Origin: Stylophora pistillata | Lineage: Eukaryota | Length of the DNA: 64,000 nucleotides | Assembly: GCF_002571385.2 (NCBI RefSeq) | Contig: NW_019217784.1 | Location: 1,252,785-1,316,784 of the forward strand | Direction: 5' to 3' | Shown: piece by piece, positions 38,600-49,683 of the stretch | Position numbering within the stretch: position 1 is the stretch's first letter | How the letters are laid out: every line of letters starts with the position of its first letter | Notes under the pieces: generated by a model | Database searches by the model: none | What the model saw: the letters and a program-made list of their open reading frames with translations, nothing else | Told to the model about the DNA's origin: nothing | Translations under genes and position numbers: made by a program

Positions 38600-39810
38600 C
38601 TATTTGGCGCTTATTGCTGGCGAGCCCTGGCGAGGGAGCAGCCTATTTTTTACAAGAGCGAGAAAAAGCCAAAATTTGTCGGATGTAAGATCGGAGATAT
38701 GCGCAGTCGATTGCGTTTTCTATATCCGGGGTGCTTGTGATGATGTCACGTAAAATGCATGTGGGAATATCTATGGATTTCAAGCTATAGCTGTGTACAG
38801 CCGTTCCGCTCTGCTAGAAATCAAGAACACGATAAGCGAGATTAGTTTTTAATATAGATGTCTTTAATTACTTGTGGAAGTATCCATCAAGGTCATGAAC
38901 GGTTTATAGTGATGACTCTCGAGGATGACAAGAGATTTTTATATGTTTGGCTGCTCTATTATATGAGCAATTTTTGCCGATTCACGAATGGAGGTGCCAA
39001 GATATCGATAACGCCCCACTTCATGGGTATCATTTCTTTTTTCTCAGTGCATTCAGCAGCAGTGAAGTGTTAGGCAAAATGCTCCCATTCGGAGTAAACT
39101 GCCGACTGCAGCTTGCTGGTCTCGGGAGAAAAGAGAGGAAGGTGTGGAGCTAACCTGCTTTATGTCGAAAGCGATTTCGGGCTCATCCTCGGTGTAAAAA
39201 CCTGTGAAGCTTACGAGTGACGTAAAACAAAGACAATAAAACATAAACAATAGCGTACAGCAAAACAATACCTCATGAAACAAAGAAAACCTCGCCGTCA
39301 GGTTTTTACACCGAGGATGACCCCGATTTCGGCACTACAGGCATATCACTCACAGTATTCTTCGCCTCTTGAGGCGTTAAATTTTATCTTTGAGTCAAAA
39401 TCTCTGCCCGTCGAGTTAAATAATTCGACCATTGAGTTACATTTTCCCGTTGAGGTAGAAGAAAAGCTTCCTATCATAGATTCAAAATGTGGATCGTTCG
39501 TTGAAGCTAACCATTGACCACTTTCATAAATGGCTCCCGGATTAATATTCTTTTGTTTAAATTTAAATTAGCCTTTCTGGCCTCCTTTTCCAGTACAATA
39601 TTCAAAATAATACATCATCTCAAGCGAGGCCAGAAAGGCTAATTCAAATTTAAACAAAAGAATATTAATCCGGCAGCCATTTTTGAAAGTGGTCAATTCG
39701 ATAGCAAACACAAATGACTGTTTGGGCTTTGAGACAAATTCTGAGTCGATTTCATCCGTCGAGTTCAGTTGTTTATCAATCTTCGAGTCAAAAGAAAACT
39801 TCCCGAGCAC
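38600..39810 (+). mobile_element. Probable Helentron/Helitron-type remnant with a decayed herpes-tegument-like (Peptidase C76-like) deubiquitinase domain
   Basis: Terminal-like motif tttggcgcttattgctggcgagccctggcgagggagcagcctattt. A broken ORF from 38858 reads MSLITCGSIHQGHERF/SDDSRG*QEIFICLAALLYEQFLPIHEWRCQDIDNAPLHG, with a frameshift and a stop. Confidence 0.5.
39513..39697. mobile_element. MITE with long (~70 bp) TIRs, PIF/Harbinger-like ends
   Basis: attgaccactttcataaatggct.ccggattaatattcttttgtttaaatttaaattagcctttctggcctc is mirrored by its near-perfect reverse complement ending ...gaaagtggtcaat. Confidence 0.88.
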
Positions 39811-40867
39811 AACATTAAGTTGTCGTTTGCTGTTGTTGTTTCACAAAAGCCCTTAAAACTAAACTAGTTGGAAAAATCGTAATTCTCTTTTAAAAAGCCA
39901 CACCAACCCCTATTATACCGTTTATTTCAAATCGTATTATCAGTATTTCCTTCAAGCTCTGACGCCAGTACCCACTTTCATATTAAAACTGCTAGTCTAC
40001 AAACATACACCCTGTATGAGTAAGAAAACCGGCTGTTCCAATTATGAAAAACTGACGCCTTATTGTAATACTTGTACATTAGCAGAATTTTCTCTCAAGA
40101 CTTTCTCTAAGCAACAAAAAACCAAAGGAAAGTACGTTAGCAAACTCTCTGCCACGTTCTAAACTTTATCACTGTGTTTCAAGTTTGAGATATTTTTCGC
40201 AAGTCGCACTCGGCAAGCCAAAAAGGGGATTACAATTTCGTATTAGTTTGTTGTCATTTGTATTAGTATAGAGTGCAATGAAATAATTGGCATTATAATG
40301 AGAGGTATATTTCAGAGCCACTTAGAAATCCTTTTCATTAAAACTACACACGCAACACAAAATTAGAATTATTTTCCACAATATTACAACTGTTTTTATC
40401 TAACGAGTAAGAATTTTTTTCTTTAAAAAGCATAAGAAAAACTTTAAGGAAATCTTCATTGATTTCAGGTCGAACGCTTTTATCACGTATAACAAGCTTC
40501 CTGTTGCAATTCTCGCATTAACGAATGTGTTGCTTATTTGATTTCATAAATCGATTTCATTTAGAATTAACAAAACGTTTTCATCATTAAACGGGAATTT
40601 GTAGGATCAAAGAGTGACCGCGTTCATTTTTAGGAAATTTTAAATTTATGACTTGAAGATGAAAACTTCCCATGGAGACGATACTACCCTCTTGGTTAAA
40701 CTATTTTAAGAGCGTATTGAGGAAAATAGTTTTGATGAAACAATGATGGGAGACTAAGACCTAATTACGTGAATTATCATCGCAGCTTAACATGAGAAAA
40801 AAATTTAATGCGTGAAAGCCTCCAAAAGGCGCGCATTTGTTATCATCATATGGAAAATTGACTGTAC

Positions 40868-41280
40868 TATTTCAAAAGCGAGTGAAGGGGTTTCATTAGG
40901 TTTCTAAACGCGAGAAAATATTTGAAACCACGAGGCGGCAGGCCGAGTGGTTTTATCGTTTTCTCGCGTTTGGAAACCTGATGAAACCCGAACCACGAGT
41001 TTTTGAAATGACTTCTCCAAAGAAGCAATACAAAATTATGCAGTATTTTATGTTGTATTTTTCCCATTTTTCTTTAAAATTCCTTGTATGTGTGATTTGT
41101 CGTATTCGGTCGGCATTCATTGTATTTAGTTTCGCGTTGCTCCAAAAGCGTTGTGAACTTTAAGAGATTTACATATTGTTTTTGCCATGGCCGAAGGAAG
41201 GTTTCGCTTCTCGAACTAAAACAATCGAGGAAGTAGAACTTTGCGTAGAGAGAGCATTACCGAGTTTCAAAGTCCTTTAC
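40868..41280 (+). mobile_element. Palindromic-ended element, probable Crypton-like remnant
   Basis: ~140-bp imperfect hairpin (40868-41011) centred on cacgaggcggcaggccgagtg, followed by a broken ORF start MAEGRFRF../KTIEEVELCVERALP at ~41187. Confidence 0.45.
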
Positions 41281-41674
41281 CTGACACGAATGGGGCTCTT
41301 TAATTGGCTTATAACGTCATGAATTATTAGTGAATTTAAGAACTAAATGTATAGAACCTTCATTTTCAAATAAGTGTCATCCGTCTATTGCTAGCACTAA
41401 AAACATTAACATAAGATACTTCCACCTGCCTTACGAGATCAAAACGCTAAAAGAATATTGAGAGTGGAGGAGTAATTTTTTTAAGACCTGTAAGAATATG
41501 GAGATGCACCTCTCGCGCAGGTGGTACAGACATTTGATTTGTCCTTGTTTAAATCTTGTCGGGCGCTCTTAAATCCATTGACCTATGTGAATTTTTATAA
41601 AATTCCACAGATCGTCATTCTCTCTTTGATCCCTGCTCAGAAGACAAACCAGTGACTTTGAAATAGAGCTTGCC

Positions 41675-44600
41675 ATGGAAAATACAAACCCCTTTCAACG
41701 GAAAAACGAGTTTGAGATGTCCGTCAGGGAAGGAATCAAAGGAGCTGGTGAAGACGTCAGCCAAGATCTTTCGGATGATGAGGAAAAAACGTATTCTGTA
41801 CGACATTTAATTCTGGACTATTGTGAATACACGTCTGGCCATGGTCCTCCGCGCATCGTCGCCTCAAAACAAATGATAAGAAAAGTATTTTGGACGTTGT
41901 TATTTCTTGCAGCATTGGCGGTGTCTTCATGGCAAATAAACACTCTGTTTGATACGTATAAATTACGTCCACTGAGCACTCATGTCTCGATAAAACATGA
42001 AACGGTATGTATATTTCTTTCTTACGAGGGCTCTAAATTTAGATTTCACAGAAAAAGCAAGCAGTGACTTTGTAAATAACTGAGTGCAAGTCCAGGTTCA
42101 TTTACTGATCATAGCATTGTGTTTGTGTTTTGGGGCAAAACCCTCTTTCTCACAGCGCCTTCTCCACTTAGGAGTAAAAATGGGCGCCATAACTGTCAGG
42201 GAACTTTCACAAAATATTGAGGATTGGCATCCAATCCGGGTCAAGCTCCATGATATGAGTGCAACTTGAGCGACTGCACACACTTAAGTTTTTAATTCTG
42301 TTTTCAATCTTTAGTTGTTTAATATTGGAGAGGTGCTTACTCTGTGGACGTGCTGAACGTTAATCACCGGTTTATCAAAAACTGTTTAAGATCTTCTGAT
42401 TATTTTTTCAGAGTCTTGACTTTCCGGTGATTACGATTTGCAACTTCAATGCTGTGAAAATTGGTAAAATTGAAGATTTCCCTGAGGATCTGAAAAAGGA
42501 CATTCAGGCAGAAACTACCAGTAAGAAATATGTGCCTTAAATCAATTATAAAGTCACTTTACTGTGCTCAGAACAAATTTCCTACATCCAGTGGAAATGC
42601 AAGAGGGTATTGTTCGCGGGATGGCAATTTGATGTATGGACAGACATAGCTTATTTTACACAGCTTCACTCCCATGATTAACTTTCCTTACGCGAACACC
42701 TTAAGATAATTATGTCCCAGTATTCATCGTAGCGACGGGGCTCCATCTCAAATTTTAAGTTTTGATTTTAAGTTTAATCTTTTTGTCTTGATTTCTTAGA
42801 CTCTTCTGGAAAAGATAAAATAACCTTTAAATCAACGTTCCAGGCTGCGAGCTTAGTACCCTGCTTTAAATCAGTACAGGCCTTTCGTGTAATATATTTT
42901 GTAATCTCTGTGATTGTTTTCATTATCATATACTTTTCATCATTATTATCATTATCATCAGTATTATTATCAATATCATAGGCAATAATTCGCCAACACG
43001 AGGAAAGAGAGCAGTAAACCAGCCCCCCTCGTCCAATAGTCCAAACAATATTGACGTCTTAGAGGAAGAAGAGGAAGGATTTGAGAACCCGGATGATCTG
43101 GATGAAGATTTCAAGAACAGGGAACAAATGATAATGATAATGGCTGAGGCTGGGGTCGAGGCACTAAAACCTCTTGGTCACCAGTTTGAAGAGTTTGTCT
43201 TGTCGTGCAGATATCGCGGAATCTCGTGTGTGTGAGTTTGCAATCTTCTCGTAAATTGCAAATGAAGAATAAGAAGCACTTTCCTTCCTAAAACTGTCCA
43301 AGGTCATACTTTGTCTGGACACGGTCATGTCATAAATCAGCTCACACGGAAAAGCCACTAACGACTAGTTTTCTTTGCTCTCGCCGGTTTGGCCCCAAGC
43401 CCAATTCCTAAAATTCAGGTCGCAGGCATCAACAAAGCAATTTAAGACGATGAATGGCAGAATTTTTGTCAAAGGCCTTTGGAGCGTTATTTCAGCTTTA
43501 TTGAGTATCAGATTAACAGAGTTCTTTTCCACAACTGCAGCGGTAACCATGGCGTGCTTTTTCTTGATCTGCATAATATACGTTGTATGGATTCTCCATA
43601 TTTTCCCGTTTTTATTTTTTCCCTTTTGTCAAAATCAAAGTGAATTTTTAATTCTAATTGGATTATTATTTTCCAAGAAATTTCTCGAGTTCTTACTGGA
43701 CACGCTTCTGGCATTATACCTACGGAAACTGTTACGTTTTTAACGCTGGTAAAGATAAAACAGGAAAGAGAGCTGCCGTATTGAAGTCTAACAAGCCTGG
43801 ACCATCACACGGTAAGATAGCTGTTTAACTCAATTTATATTGATTGTTTTAAAGCATAAAAAACTCTGAACTCTGATTCCTTTACTTACGAGTGCGTAAA
43901 ATGTATTAGGAAGCATTTCTAACGACTAATCCAAGGGAAATCTTCAGAAACAGAGCCCAGAAATGATCCCAGATACATTAGGGCTGTAATCTCGCTGAAC
44001 GATATGGTTGCCAAGAAACGACATTTCTTGGCATTTACTCCGCTGACCAGGAAGCCAAATGCTAGCAGGCTTGAAATGGCGATCTCGCGTGAACACTAAA
44101 AATATTGAATTCGTTATCCGATAGCCAAGCGCATATTGTTCTAGCCGTTTACGGCCTGCTGAATAATCAGTTATAATCTGTAGAAGAGAACTTTCCAGAC
44201 ATAAGGAAAGTTTCATTTCCTTAAAAACGTCAGTCGAAAAGAAGTTGACCTAAGTAACTACCTTTGAATTTCATTAATGGAGCGGCTTCTTCTTTCAGGA
44301 CTAAACCTCGAGCTAAATATTGAGCAGGACGAATACATTGGAGCCTTTACAGAGGAAGCTGGGGTGAGGATAGACATATCAAATCAAGGAGAGATGTCGT
44401 TTCCTCGCGAGAAAGGACTCAGCGCGGCTCCAGGATTTGCCACGTCAATAGGAATAAGAAAGGTTAGCACTCTTCAAGTTAAATTTGTAATCAAGCAATG
44501 TGTTATCGAGTATCTCAAAGAATTTGTAGGTTTTTCAGGCAAAACTCGTTTAAAGAGTTTTCGCCCACGGTTGCCTGTTCGATGGTACGAGTGCTCGACT

Positions 44601-47600
44601 TCAGTTCCAATGGTCCGAGGTAGAGGGAGTTTGGCTGGGCATTTGCTTGGTAGTTTGGCTAGGAGTTTGCCGGGAAGTTTGCCTGGGAGTTTGGCTAGGA
44701 GTTTTCCGGGAGTTTGCCGGGAGTTTGGCTAGGAGTTTGGCTAGGAGTTTGCCGGGGAGTTTGCCGGGGAGTTTGCCGGGGAGTTTGCCTGGGAGTTTTC
44801 CGGGAGTTTGCCTGGGAGTTTGCCGGGGAGTTTGCCTGGGAGTTTGCCGGGGAGTTTGCCGGGGAGTTTGCCGGGGAGTTTGCCGGGGAGTTTGCCGGGG
44901 AGTTTGCCGGGGAGTTTGCCGGGGAGTTTGCCGGGGAGTTTGCCGGGGAGTTTGCCGGGGAGTTTGCCGGGGAGTTTGCCGGGGAGTTTGCCGGGGAGTT
45001 TGCCTGGGTGTTTGGCTGGGAGTTTGCCCGCGAGTTTCGTTGGGAGTTTGGCTGGGAGTTAGCTGGGAGTTTTGCTGGGAGTTTGGCAAGGTCATTGTGT
45101 CGTGTTTCTTGAAAAGGCACTTACTCCCCACAGTGCCTCCACCAAGCCTTGGAGTATAAATTGTACCTGGTAGGTGTCAGAGAGGCCGGATGACATACTG
45201 AGAGGGTCTGGGGCGTTGGTCTAGCATTAACTATATGAAAGGATAATAACCCATACGACGTTTAATGCTAAAGAAACCGAGTTTTAAAATCTTCGGCAGT
45301 AAGGGCCAACCGGTTTGTTCGCGGGCTTTTTTCAACTAGATTAATTGTCAGCTTAACCATCGTTACCTACTTTTGAAGTCGTACTTTTATTCTAGAGATG
45401 TTTTTTTTTTTAAATTATAGGTGGAGATCCACAGAAAGGACCCATTCACCAACAAACGATGTCAAAATACCTTGAGTTTGAGCGACGCCAACCTCTACAA
45501 TTATCACTTTCAAGTAAATTATTCAGCCACGGTAAGGAAAAGTAAAAGATGGGGAGAATAGCAAATTTTCACTGGGTACAATTAAACCTTAAATCAGCAC
45601 GAAGAGTGCAGTCTTCGTCAGTCATAAAGACTGCATTCATGCAAATTGTATTCTATAGAGCGTATCCAGATCATTTAGGAAAAAATATATATAAAAAACA
45701 TTGTTTACCGTGCATTTGTCAGTTCAAATACATTTTGAATTCCCTTCTCTTTTTGCGATACTAAGCTGCCAGGGTAACAAGAAAGGGTCTGCTAGCTTGA
45801 TGTCATTATCATTTTCATCATCGTCATCATTATTATCTCATACCACCACGTTTTTTACCTCTCGTCTCTCATAAAAGAGAACCCTTGGTTGAAAAAATCT
45901 TGAAGTACTTGAAGCGTGTGAAATCAATCCGCTTTCTTAAAAACCAGTGAAGAACAACAACATACAGTTTTGGTTGACATGTCCTGATTCCAGCCTTTTT
46001 AGACTCATTTCGGATCATTCGTCCTACACAGGCATGCAAGGAATCATGTCTCGCTTATAATCAGAGGAAAGAATGTAAATGTATGGAGTACAGATTTCCT
46101 CTTCCTAATGACAAGACCCCAGTTTGCGACATTCTAAATAAAACAGTCGGTAAGTATTAATGAACTAGCTGTTTATAACCTTGAGGCATTGAGATAGAAT
46201 GCGGAACTTACTGATTTCTCTAAGATTTTTCAGCAGGAGTTATACCCCAGGCAGGGTCAATGATATTGCAAAGGCAAATTTGTGGAGGGCGGAGGGGGAA
46301 TCTTTATTCAAGGTATTCAATCACCTGGCCTGACCTGGATGTTTGACGAAGGGTGAACAACCCAACCATGTAAAAATTACTTTCATGGAAATACAACGTT
46401 GTAGTTACCAAGGGACCTCAAACCTTCCTCACGCTGGATTCACTGGCGGAAATTAAGTCAATTGTAAATCGTTAATCTAAAACAGAGATATCCCTGTGCA
46501 CCGAAAAATTACAATTGAGTTGTGGGATGCAAGAAGTATGCACAGGTTACTAAGGAGAGGAATGATAAAGAAGTATTGATGGAAATTACGTCGTAGTTTT
46601 TTATAACGAGGTTCATAGCCTATTTGTTTCTTTGTTTTGTCGTAGTTAACTGTCTCAGCAAAGTACAGAAGGCATTTAAACGAAATGAATTGAACTGCAC
46701 GTTGTCATGCCCACCACCCTGCAGGTAAGAGTAGAGTGACGAAGTGTCAGAAGCGTCAGTCAGTTTATCATTCTGTCTGCCAGTCTTTCGGTCACTCAGG
46801 TAGTCAGACAATCAGACTCTAAGTAAGTAAGTCAGTCATTCAATCCACAGTCTCTCCGTCAGGTGTGGAAGTCGGCAAGTCGTGCACGCGCTTACTGTCT
46901 GTCTGTCTGTCTTCTGTCTCTCTATCTGTCTGTCTGTCTTTCTGTCTCTCTGTCTGTCTTTCTGTCTCTCTGTCTGTCTTTCTGTCTCTCTGTCTGTCTT
47001 TCTGTCAGCCAGTTGGTAACTCAGTCAGTCACTTAATCGGGAAGATAGTCAGCCAGTCAGTCCGTTAAGGGGTCAGACTGTCTCTCAGTTTGTCCCCAGG
47101 TAAGCAATAGTGAAAGTGATCTCAAGCTTATTCTTACCTGAATTTTCGTAGGGAGAGCATATTTCAGCTCTCGTCATCATTCTCAGCCTGGCCTTCCAGT
47201 GGTTACAAGGTTTGTAACAGTTCTTATAATTCTATTACTGTGTGAAAATAATGTTCATACGAGCTATACCTTCTAGCTTGGTAATTTGATCTCATTTCGG
47301 CCGCAGATAGAAGCGCCTAACACCCTCCTTAATCAATGTGTTTTTTCGATATCTAAATTTTCTTTTGTCTTAATTTCTTCTCTTTTAGCCTTTTTATATT
47401 GACAAGCTCAACTCTCAGGACAAATCTCATAACCTCGATTTTAATTCAAATTCAAGGTAACTACCTGCCTTTTTATTAATTTCTCAAAATTACTTTCCAC
47501 AAAATTTTAAATAGAGCACCTCTACTGGTTTGTATCCCATTATGTTGACAGCGTAGATTATACAGAAAATCTTTGTAATTGTTAATATATTTTTTGAATG

Positions 47601-48359
47601 CACTCTGAATGAATGGACTGACAGACATTAAGGGCACCACACGCGTGAGGAATTATGAGATAAGGGGGCAAAAAAAGAAATCATATCAATCCGCTACTGT
47701 TCTTAACTACCCGTTCCCTTCCGTTTTGTCGTCTCTTGAGTCATAAGGCGGCAGAGAAAACAGCTAAGAAATAATTGGATTTTTCTTCCTTTCCATAATT
47801 CATATCCCATTCGCCTTTGCATGTCTGCTGGCAATTGTTTTGAGAGAGTGTTATGAAAGATAAAACAACGCTGCATAGGACCAAGTGATACACAAGTAAA
47901 AAACGCCATAAGTACTATGAACTGCGCGTATGATTCATAGTAACACATGGACTCCACAATTTATTCATTTCCAGTAATATTCGCTCCAATGTTTTGAAAC
48001 TAAACATATTCTACGAGGAACTAAATTATGAAACCATCAGAGAGGAAAGATCCTATGAGGTATGTTTACATTTCTTTGAAGATTTTCCACTCAAACTTAA
48101 ACGAGTCAATAACATCTTTTCAAGCCAGACTAGTTTGTCAACCAGTGTCCTGTTCTATCCACAGCTAGCAAATTTCGTGTCCGATCTCGGAGGGTCCCTT
48201 GGTTTATGGATTGGAATGTCTGTTCTGTCGTTTGCAGAAGTTCTGGAATTGTTGCTATTGATTAGTTACGCACTATTTAGGAAATTTCGAAGAAAATTAA
48301 ACGGTAAAATACGATCATCTTCATTTCATGGCAAGGGAAAAGGAAAAGACGCCTTCTGA
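41675..48359 (+). CDS. DEG/ENaC channel subunit, paralog F (complete, 12 coding exons)
   Basis: YTSGHGPPRI plus TM1 (to 42004); FPVITICNFN; finger exon with RGKR and poly-Glu; GHQFEEFVLSCRYRG; YGNCYVFN; thumb cysteines; FYEELNY; TM2 VSDLGGSLGLWIGMSVLSFAE; TGA 48357-48359. Confidence 0.92.
44567..45330 (+). mobile_element. Degenerate tRNA-derived SINE interrupted by a minisatellite
   Basis: Head (cggttgcct..atggt..agtgctcgact..ggtccgaggt) lies before the array. The body (ggtcattgtgtcgtgtttcttgaaaaggcacttactcccacagtgcctc...gtataaattgtacc...ctagcat...atgctaaagaaaccg...gggcca) lies after it. Confidence 0.6.
44625..45088 (+). repeat. 12-bp G-rich minisatellite (GGGGAGTTTGCC)n, roughly 38 units, in intron 5 of paralog F
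   Basis: Homogeneous core with diverged units at both edges. It explains the repetitive ORFs (TPRQ, ANSP, PGSL, VCRG, AGEF). Confidence 0.97.
46895..47006 (+). repeat. (TCTG)/(TC) compound microsatellite
   Basis: ctgtctgtctgtctg...ctctctgtctgtctttctg runs. Confidence 0.9.
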
Positions 48360-48397
48360 AAAGATATTAGTGAAGCTGGGTGGAATATCATAGTTAA

Positions 48398-48668
48398 AGT
48401 GCAACTAAACCCCAAAATTTTTTTTTGCTTAACGAAATAAGCGTATTTTTTGGAGTATTTCGGTGCAAAAATGTTTTTATTTGCTCAAATCTTCAATTCT
48501 CTGTGCCCAGTCAAAATAAGGAAAATCGGCCGCCATCTTGCCCTACGACCGAGTTTAAAGAGGAATGGCTCTAACGGGTAATGTGACGTCAAATCGAGAA
48601 CACAGAAATACTCCAAAATATAAACTTATTTCGTTAAGCGAAAAAAAATTTTTGGGTTTAGGTGCACT
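48398..48668. mobile_element. Kolobok-type MITE with a TTAA TSD, 38 bp after the stop of paralog F
   Basis: TTAA|agtgcaactaaaccccaaaatttttt..gcttaacgaaataag...ttttggagtatttc and its inverse ...gaaatactccaaaa...cttatttcgttaagc..aaaattttgggtttaggtgcact|TTAA. Confidence 0.88.
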
Positions 48669-49164
48669 TTAACGTTATAAAGTCCTGATGATTAAATAGC
48701 TGAATTAAATAGTACAAGAATATGAACAATCTAGCAACTATTTAAAGTAAAACTTGTTTCGAGAGTCAGATTGCTAATAATTTCCCAAGATACCTTCCAG
48801 TTATTTATCAAAAGTAGCTAATGGTTGAATTATACGCAGTCGTACGCGTTCGAGTAGAGTTGAATTAAAAAAAAAAAAACGAACTGCAACAGCGACTAAA
48901 ATGGTAACAACGAAAACCATAGCAAGAAACGAAAGACGAGAACGGCACCGTTTGATTTGAAAAAATTAGTTCGTACCAAACTCTTAGTACTCATAAAAAG
49001 GCATCATCTTTTCCTTTAGTCATTTAGCAATTTTCTTATTTATCAGGTTTCTTTTTTTATCGTTAAACTGTAATTAATTTGCGCAATTCTGTCATTGCTT
49101 TTTCCTTCTTGTCGTGATGCTCATTATTAATTTTGCAAATAATTTTTCAAAGTTTGGTTCTTAA

Positions 49165-49683
49165 GATACACACATACATACATTTTATTGAAGCTCCCTT
49201 GACAGGGCTTTTCAGCCACAATATGCTGAGACTAAATAATTAACAAGAAGAATTGAACTAAATTACTAACTAATTAAAATAATACAGAGACAAAATAAAA
49301 ATCAGGCTAAAAGCATATTGACAAGTCTCTTCTTAAAGATTTTACCGTCCGCTGCCTCCTTATTAAGGTCTTTGGGAGACTATTCCAACATGCAGCGCCT
49401 CTGTAGACGAACGATCGTTGCCCAGTTTTTAACCGGCATCTTGGTAGGTTCAGATATTTTTAATTTCGTGTATTTCTGTTATCTAGTTCTAGTCTCCTTG
49501 TAAATTTTTGACTGAGATAGTCAGGCGCCAGTCCATTTAAGCACTTGTGAATCATAACAGAATCATTTTAAAAAAAGTTTATCGGCAATAGGAAGCCATT
49601 TCAGCGACTTCAAGCCTTCAGAAATGCGATCGTACTTTCTTAGGCCGAGGACTATCCTGCCTGCAAAGTTCTGAACAAGATGG
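49165..49683 (-). mobile_element. 3' fragment of an L2/CR1-group LINE
   Basis: Minus strand translates to QNFAGRIVLGLRKYDRISEGLKSLKWLPIADKL...DSVMIHKCLNGLAPDYLSQKF (ORF2 C-terminus), followed by aataaaa and a (TGTA/TG)n tail. Confidence 0.8.

Noticed and set aside
44601-45159. Five overlapping long ORFs with TPRQ/ANSP/VCRG/AGEF/PGSL repeats
   Set aside because: Artifacts of a stop-free 12-bp intronic minisatellite.
46865-47068. Hydrophobic Ser/Val/Cys-rich ORF (also 50145-50438)
   Set aside because: Translation of (TCTG)n microsatellites.
1-48359. Assigning ASIC or SCNN1 gene symbols to the channel genes
   Set aside because: Family motifs are clear, but orthology to vertebrate ASIC or ENaC cannot be established without a phylogeny.
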